DNA from: Bipalium vagum
Lineage: Eukaryota
DNA length: 50,930 nucleotides
Direction of reading: 5' to 3'
Assembly: GCA_037834085.1 (NCBI GenBank)
Contig: JBBMKC010196163.1
Location: forward strand, 1 to 50,930
The translations under genes were made by a program, and so were the position numbers. The notes beneath the pieces were generated by a model. It was not told where the DNA came from. It did not search any database and saw only the letters and a program-made list of their open reading frames with translations. Positions within the stretch are counted from its first letter, which is position 1, and every line of letters starts with the position of its first letter. This document shows, one piece after another, positions 41,150-50,930 of the stretch.

Positions 41150-41890
41150 TATGAAATGTATTTCAAAACCTAATAACTGACATTTTTCCTGGAATTGTGC
41201 GGTTTGGCATTATCGTGCTGTAGTGGTTTTTTCTTTCGATTGACCAATGCTGAATATTTTTCCTTTAACTTTGTGTATATCTTATCCAATTGAGAGCAGT
41301 ATAGGTCTGTGTCAGTGGCCTTTTTTTAAGAAGTTCGAAATTACACCAAACGCACAGTAATACTTTTTTATAGAACCGTTCTCTCTTTGGTACCTGTTTT
41401 GGCAATTTTCCTGGATTAAGACATTGATTGTGTCTGTTAGGGTTATCTAGATAGACTCATTTTTCATCCGAATTAACAATTCGGTGTATAAAACTGGCAT
41501 CAAAAGGATTTGAAATCAGTTTAGAGCACGTCTCCATGTGCAGTTTTATTTGATTTTCCGTCAATTTGTGAAGAATTTATCGATAACTTCTGCTTATCTT
41601 ATCCATTGAATGAAGATGTCTAAGAACTGATATCTTTGGAATACTAAGTTCGTCAGATAATCTTCGAGTGCTGGTCGATGGATTACCTTCAACTGAGTTG
41701 TGTATACATCCGAAATCCATGGTTTTCGGCCTCCCGAGTCCTTGATCTTAAATTAATTTTTTTTAATTTATTCCTTGATTAAATTTTTAAAACCAGTTTT
41801 GGGCCATCGATCTCTTTCTCTGGAGAGGTGGGAGACAAAATATCAGAAGTGACGTCATGGAAATTTTCAGCTATTCCCCTTCTTGATTTA
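41150..41890 (-). mobile_element. 5' and central fragment of a mariner element
   Basis: SGGRKP-like linker, RIVNSDEK*VYLDN and QHDNAKPH. Confidence 0.75.
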
Positions 41891-41894
41891 ATTG

Positions 41895-42630
41895 AACCTT
41901 ATGTGATGCAACAGAATCCTGTTAGAAAAGATAAAACCTTCCTTTTCATACTGAGTAAATCTAGGGTTTCACAGCTGTTTTAAGGGCCATATTTTAGACA
42001 GCAGAATTCACTCTAAGGTTTTGTGAAAAGAAGTGAAGAGGTATCACATGTTCTTTACTCCTCACTACCCATAAAACTATGATGGGTGCTGAAAAATTAT
42101 TGTGCATGATTCTTGGGCCTTTAAATAGCCATGAATCATTTCTTCTGTTAACCTTGTGATCTTGGTCGAAGGTTTATTCATCTGAGAAAACCAAATCATA
42201 TCTTGTTTTCCTGAATGTAATAGTTTGATTTGGAAAATTTTCGATTGGATTAAGCGATTTTCTTTGAATTTCTTAAGAGAAATTATACTTTCTTTAACAC
42301 ATACAATTTATATCCCATTTTATAAGCCTCTGAGACCTTGAAAATTGTTGTTAACTGACATCATAGAATTTCTATCAGCAGTCTGCTTATATTCCTTGAC
42401 AAAATTATCTGATCTCATCATGTCACAGCGTTTGGAGTTTTCCTTAGACTTTGCTGTTGACAGTGTTCTATTTTCGGATTGAAGTTCTTTGCGTACTTTA
42501 TGTAAAAAAATAATAATAATAATAATAAGACTTTTAACAATCTGGGGATTTCTTAATCGGAATGATCAGCTTTCAAAGCCACTAGAACAGGATATGATTT
42601 CATTTTTTGGGTGTTTTGGTTTTCCTCCAT
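41895..42630 (-). mobile_element. maT (DD37D)-like transposase relic
   Basis: FSDE*TFDQDHKVNRRNDSWL...HVIPLHFFSQNLRVNSA...VKP and QDSVASHK. Confidence 0.75.
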
Positions 42631-44079
42631 TATTATTTATTCTATTAATTTAGTAAAACAAATTTTAACATATTTTAATCTTATAAAAAATTTACATTAA
42701 ACTTTTGTCCTTAAATACCTTACTCACTTTTAAAATGAATTTTTCACTGTTAGGTTTTGGAAATACATACTTAATAAAATCACAATGTACAAGTTAAATT
42801 TATCTAGATTATATTAAAAAGGGAAGAAAATTGGCATTTAACCTAAAATAGTTATTTCATATTTGTATAGCTTTGGAAAGCTCTGAATACATTTGGCAAT
42901 TTCCCTGGATAAAAATAAAACAAACCAATTTAATTTAAAAATTTTCTTGTGAAAAAACGTTATCATGACAACACTAAAATCATCAATCGATTTTGGATTT
43001 ATTTTAAACCTATTTGTTACTGAATAGTATAAAGTAGTTAAGTAAAAGATTTTATTCAACCTGTTATGCTTTTAAAAATTAATCAAAAATGGCATTTATT
43101 CATAAAAAAGCTACATATTAATTATTAATTAATTTTAAATTTAATTTTTATTCTCTATGACATTTTTCATTTTAGGAATTTATAAAAGGTATATTACAAA
43201 AATATAGTCATGTCCAAAAATATTAAAATTTTTAATGGTCTAATATCCATAAAAAAATTTAGGAAAAACATGTAATATTCTAAAAATAAACAAAACTACT
43301 AAATATAAAATTACCTGATAAAATTTTCAAGAAAGGATTAAGAATTTTAAAATTTCTGGTTTTCTTAGAGAAATTTTATGGAGCATCAACATTTTTGGAA
43401 TTTATCAACCCAATGTAAATTTTAGTAATAATAATAATTAATTGATTGATTAAAATTGATAATTAATCAGTGTTGATCTTGTCAATATTACCAATAATTA
43501 TATAAAAAATCGAAAAATATGTTATATTTAATTAATAATAAATAAAACAAAGAATCTCGTACAATGACAAATAGATCATCAACTTTCCAATATTAAATTT
43601 TCAAAAATTAATTAATTAAATATTTCACTGTGTAAGGAATAAAAGGAACGCGATGTAGAAAAATGTGGAAGCCCATGAAAGAAACAAAACGAAGCGGACA
43701 TCTTGTATTTACATCACCGTAAATACAAGAAAAAGCATACAAAGAAGTTATGAGGACGTTTAATTTTTTTTCGAAGGGAGAAACAGGAAATGATCTCCTT
43801 CAGAAAATTAATTTGTTAAGTTTGAATACAATGCCGTCTATATTTTTTAAGCCTTCTTTATCATTTCCACTAAATGGTTGAAATATCTTACTATAAATAC
43901 TTCGATTTAGTCTTTATTTGACTATATGAGAGAATATGTTGAAATACATGTTTCCAATCAAATATTTCCAAAGTAAAATTTTTGTTAATGTAGAAAAACC
44001 GATTTTTTCAAAAACATCAATTTTTAAGTCATTTTTGAATACTAGACTAAAACATCAGTGAAGTATCTTTTATTTACAT

Positions 44080-45090
44080 AATTAGTACCTTGTATTTATA
44101 CCTTTATTTTTAATTACCTCTTTGATCCTTTTTGTCATGCTTTCATAAAGATTTTTAATTTAAGATGTTAGAATAATCGCCCACTGCTCCTCCGAATTCT
44201 TCCACAGTGTCTCAATATTTGTCGGCCTACACTTATCATCCATGGCTTTTAGGTCAGCCCACTACTAATTATACTCAAATCTGGTAACTGAGTCGGACAA
44301 TCATTGAGTACGCAGACTTTTGTCTTGTTCAAAAATTAGACACCAATCTTGATTTGTGGCATGAAGCAATCCTTTCTTTAATATGTCCTGATAGCCAATA
44401 GAATTCAACCGCTCCGGACCTCTTATGAGCCCTAAACCATTAAACTCTTACCTCCGAATTTCACCGTTGTCGGAATTTTAATTATTATACCTTAAATTAT
44501 TATACTGATTTATTGTCCTAACGATGGTCACTATTCCTCACTTAATAACTTATTACCATCATATATCAAGATTTGATTTTGATATATTACTTTTTGGCAA
44601 TATTTTTTTAATAACATTACTATTATTTTTTATTATTAATCACCTAAATCATTATTAGTACCAAAATCTGGTTTTGTACCTTTGACAAATCCAGCAGAAT
44701 ATACTTAGGATCATATCTGGATCAATGTAGTCTGCGGACGTATTCATTTCTTCTGTAGAACAGTTCTATCCTACATTCGTCAGAAAATATGATATCATTC
44801 CAAAAATATGGATACAGTTTGATATAGCCTTTACACCACTTTAAGCGATTATTGATATCTTTCATTTAATAATGATTTCTTCGATGCAATCCATCGAAAC
44901 AACCCATACTTTCTCAATTTCCAATCAATCAAAGTCTTACCTGCTGTTTCTTGGGGATTTTCCTTTGACATACGAATAAGTAATCTCTATGATCTTTTTG
45001 TATTTTTCGGATTCCGACCACTTTTAGATAAATTTTTCAATGTAATGTGGTGCTTGAGTTTAGTATGATAAGCTGCACAACATGCCTTAA
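44080..45090 (-). mobile_element. Tc1 (DD34E)-like transposase relic
   Basis: KSGRNP, IIFSDECRIEL, FEQD and a CPTQLPDLSII (WPSQSPDLNPI-like) motif. Confidence 0.7.
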
Positions 45091-45960
45091 AAATAGATTA
45101 GGTTGGTTTAAAAAAACCAAATGATGACTCGATTAGTCAAAAATAGGACCCGTTAAAGGCAGAAGGTAAAACAAGTAAGGAATCAGGAGTAGTCAAAGAG
45201 AATAAAAACAGAGTGTAATAAAAGTGGGAAGCAGCATAGCAGATCTTCACAGCCAAGAATGCGGCTGGTCATGGAAAAAGGTGGTATTAAGGTCGGAGAA
45301 AACAGGTCAGTATTTGACACTAATGAGAGGTCAGACTCAACAATCGGATAGAGAGATCAATCGTTCTGGTTTCTAAAGAAAAAGACACTAAGATGATGGA
45401 GAGACAGTAGATCGACAATTAATCGTTTAGATTATGAACTTACAGCTGATTTCGTGTAGCGGTGCAATATTTGAATTAAAATTTATTTTTATGGAATTAT
45501 TTAAGTCTAATGATAAATAATTTTACAATAAAAAATATTAAATATTATTTAATAATTAATAAAAGTTATAATTTTCAAACTTTGTCTATTTAACCTGTTT
45601 TTTCAATAGAACTTTTTCTTCAAAAAAATTCAGCAAATCATATTTCTATTTTTTAAGGTAAGAAAAATTATCTATTTTATTTAGGCGGTTTAATTTAAGG
45701 ATATTTCTTATCCTTTTAATTTATTATTAATTCCAGCAATAAACATTCGATTAATTTCTGTTATTTGAAACCGGAATCAAAAATTATTGAAATAATATCA
45801 TACATAATATTTTTGAAGACATCTTAAAATCAATTTTTAAGTTCTTTACGAAGTCAAAAATCACGAGAGACTTCACTTAACTTCATATGAAATTATTCTT
45901 CGAATTAAACTCGTTAAGATTGAAATAAAATACTCTCAAGTTGTTAGTTGAAAATTAATC

Positions 45961-46027
45961 GGAGATAGCGGGATTCGAATTCAGGACCTTTCTCATGGAC
46001 TGCTGTGACCGCTCAGCTACATCAACC
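45961..46027 (-). pseudogene. Degenerate tRNA-Ala-like sequence
   Basis: The minus strand reads GGTTGATGTAGCTGAGCGGT...CATGAGAAAGGTCCTGAATTCGAATCCCGCTATCTCC. It resembles eukaryotic tRNA-Ala, with part of the anticodon arm deleted. Confidence 0.55.
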
Positions 46028-47350
46028 GACTAATTTTTCATTTATATCTCACACAAGGTTTGCGAAAGAATTCGGGGAAATTATCAATTCTTCACCGGTT
46101 GTGAAATCAACAATAAATCAATAATAATTAATAAAAAAAAATAAATACGTAAACAATATTCGATTATTAACTATTTAAGTTGAAAAACAAAATTCACAAA
46201 TCTTAGCTAAATTTCATATCAAACAGTATTTATTGCTATTCAATTCAATTGTTATTAGTGTATGTTAGAACACATCTCATAAATATAATGTCGACTTTGT
46301 CCTTACTTGATTTTCTCAACGAATTACCGGACTTGATTTGACGCTGCATTAGCGTTTTTCTACGAACAATGATTAAAGTACTGCCTTACTACTTATCACT
46401 ATTGTTATCATTACAAACAAGAGAAAAGATTATTCTATGTTCCATTTGCATAGTAGACATATTTTGTGGCATTCTGTAAAAATTATTTGTAACGAAAATT
46501 GACAATTTTTCTCAACTCAAGATCACCAAACCATGATATCAAAAAATAAACCATTCAACACAAATAGGAAAAACGTAAGGTGCAAAAATTGGAATGTTGA
46601 AAAATATTGACTTCTCAACACCAATTTACAAAAAGCCACGAAAGCACAGCCAGCAATGGCAGCCGTCACAGAACCAGAAAATAAATGTAATTGATCAATT
46701 CATTTAGAATGTTACCATCAATATTTATTATTTTAACTGTTTGCGAATTACAGTTACGTTAGTCAGAAATGTTACTAACAAGAATGAATTCGATCGTATC
46801 CAGTCTCAAATATCACAGATTGAATTATTTTCGTTGTCGTCATAGTTGTGGTACTAGTAGAAATAGTCTGGTAGAAGCAGTTGCATAACACAAACAAAAT
46901 AGACATTAGAAATAATTGAGGACAAATAAATTTTTTTTAAAAATGCCTGTATGTAAAGATTTTTAAAATATTAATGTTTATGTAATGGAAAATCTTATTC
47001 ACTAAGCACACACTGATATCCACATGCATACACACATGCACGCCAACAAACAAAGCCAACAAACAAAGCTGCTGAATATCATCATCATGACCAAGTGGAA
47101 TAGTAATCCCCAATCAGTCACGTAATCTATTCATGTTGCTTTCTGCAAAGGCCAAGCCACTTCTCAGTCCCACGGAAATAGACAACAGAAAAATATAAAA
47201 TTCCCAAATTTAATCAGCCTAATATTCTGTTGTTAAATGAATTGTGTATGTAACAATTTTCGTATTTTTTTTATTTTTTTAGCTTGCAAATCGTTTGCTT
47301 ACAAAAGTTCTAAGCAAAACCATTTTTGGATCAAATGTTCCAACAATCCA

Positions 47351-47359
47351 TCCTCCTCC

Positions 47360-47391
<32 letters not shown>

Positions 47392-47422
47392 ATCCTCATC
47401 CTCTTCATCATCATCATCATCA
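47351..47422. repeat. (TCC)n/(TCA)n compound trinucleotide repeat in a probable CtBP 5' UTR exon
   Basis: Directly visible. It lies between a strong acceptor (poly-T AG, 47282) and a GTGAGT donor (47505). Confidence 0.9.
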
Positions 47423-47929
47423 CTTACATCATAACATCCTGTGATTAACCATGTTGAAATTATTGGCCTGTTGTTGTCAATGCTGCATGCAATCAAGCAT
47501 TGTTGTGAGTATGTCTGACGTGCGGGTGGGTGTTTTATTAACGTGGTGCGATGGTATGTGTGTACAGTGTGTGTATTTGTATTTAAAATGAATTGGTTAG
47601 CATGCAGACTGGCATATATTATAAAGTACGTCGACTAATATGTTAACATATATGTTAACGGCCCTATACAGGCGGTAGAATACTTCAAATGAAAATATCA
47701 TTTCTTATTTAGTTTGGTTTGTATGTATGTGTGTCTGTGTGTAAGTGCGTGTGTGCTTACATTTATTAGCACTAATTCATTCTTTTTCCTAATAAATAGT
47801 AGATCTGCAATCCGCCATTTTAGTTAATTTGCATAATAATAAACTACTCAAATATAATAAATTGGTGAGTAATTGTATTTTATTTTTTAAATATTGTTTA
47901 TATTTGTCACATTTAATTTTATGTAGTGA

Positions 47930-49945
<2,016 letters not shown>

Positions 49946-50814
49946 TGCTTGAATGTGTGTGTATGTGTAGTGTTACAGATTGATAAAATGCATTTGTATG
50001 TTGAGTGTGTCATTTCTCTTTTCCATATTCCGTGTGTTCCTCTATTTTGTGTGTGTATCCGTATTGCCATGTTGAGTCATCATCATAGTTAATGTGATGT
50101 TATGATAAGCAATACAAATATTTAATAATAGTGAACATGATTTTGATTTCGCTTCAGTGGATTTTATATTGAATGTAATGAAACTGGCATCAATTACGTA
50201 ATTTCATTCTGTAATTAGTCTTTTTAGAATTAATTTCCAAAATTGTGTCATTTATTTAAATTGTAATAGGTGAAATCAAATTCTGAAGTCCTCTTTTAAA
50301 TAAAATATAAAAATCAAGTGAAAATGTCTAAAATTAAATTTTTACCTTTGGACAAAATGAGCACTATTAAAAAGTTAAACTAATGGACAAAAAATCAATT
50401 AGAAATGAGAACTCTGCTGTATTTTACAATTATTTGGTATTGGAAGAATTCTGGTTTTATAAAAGGTCTAGAATTTTCGTGATTTATTGTAGTAAATCTT
50501 TTGAACAGAAAAAATGTCCTGTTTTTTATGGAACCGAAAACTTCATTTAAGTGTTTGAATTTTTGATAATAATATAGGAAAAATTACAAATAGTCTTAAT
50601 TCCAAAATATCTGTTGGTGGTAAGTGAAATAAAATTTATTGTTAAACCTGATAAATAATGTAGCAGTACACTGTCCAAATTTATAAAAATTTAAATATCA
50701 GATTCAAATTTTGTGTAACAGTCGTGAAATGTAGCAGCGAGATATATCGGATGATTATCTGCATGGATGCTAATTGGTGTCAACTAGTGACGGTTATTAA
50801 TAAAATAAAACTTT

Positions 50815-50930
50815 TTGTCTGGATAGTATAGATTGTTGTAGTCTATCGTCTTTCGCCATCTTTCACTCAATTCCAAAATTCCGTGCCGATACCATTCGGG
50901 CTCCTTAGAAGCGAAAAAGTCTCGTATCCC
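50815..50930 (-). mobile_element. C-terminal end of a mariner transposase; the element continues beyond the window
   Basis: IRDFFASKEPEWYRHGILELSERWRKTIDYNNLYY. Confidence 0.8.

Noticed and set aside
47237-47496. Poly-Ser and poly-Glu/Asp ORFs as proteins
   Set aside because: They are by-products of the TCC/TCA repeat and have no other coding signal.

Overview
This is very AT-rich animal genomic DNA, probably from an invertebrate, with two assembly gaps. It is not prokaryotic and has no CRISPR array. I reconstructed four spliced genes by hand. (1) A secreted multi-F5/8C (discoidin) protein on the minus strand, from about 17387 leftwards and probably continuing past the left edge. (2) A two-exon USP5/USP13-type deubiquitinase at 22239-25118. 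(3) A 14-exon VIPAS39/SPE-39 homologue at 29507-40301, which the ORF track almost entirely misses. (4) A six-exon CtBP at 47933-49945. Intron sizes are strongly bimodal: most are 43-62 nt, and a few span several kb and are filled with dead transposons. The relics include mariner DD34D, Tc1, maT, ITmD37E, DUF4817-type, pogo and hATm-like DNA transposons, LTR gag/protease relics, a Polinton integrase fragment and non-LTR fragments. There are also two tRNA-like remnants. The most interesting lead is in CtBP. It lacks the usual N-terminal KRxR NLS, and retention of its 44-nt intron 4 would give a short isoform ending in -SKL*, a canonical peroxisomal PTS1. Family assignments come from recognised motifs only; no database searches were run. 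Transposon boundaries are approximate unless TIRs are given.
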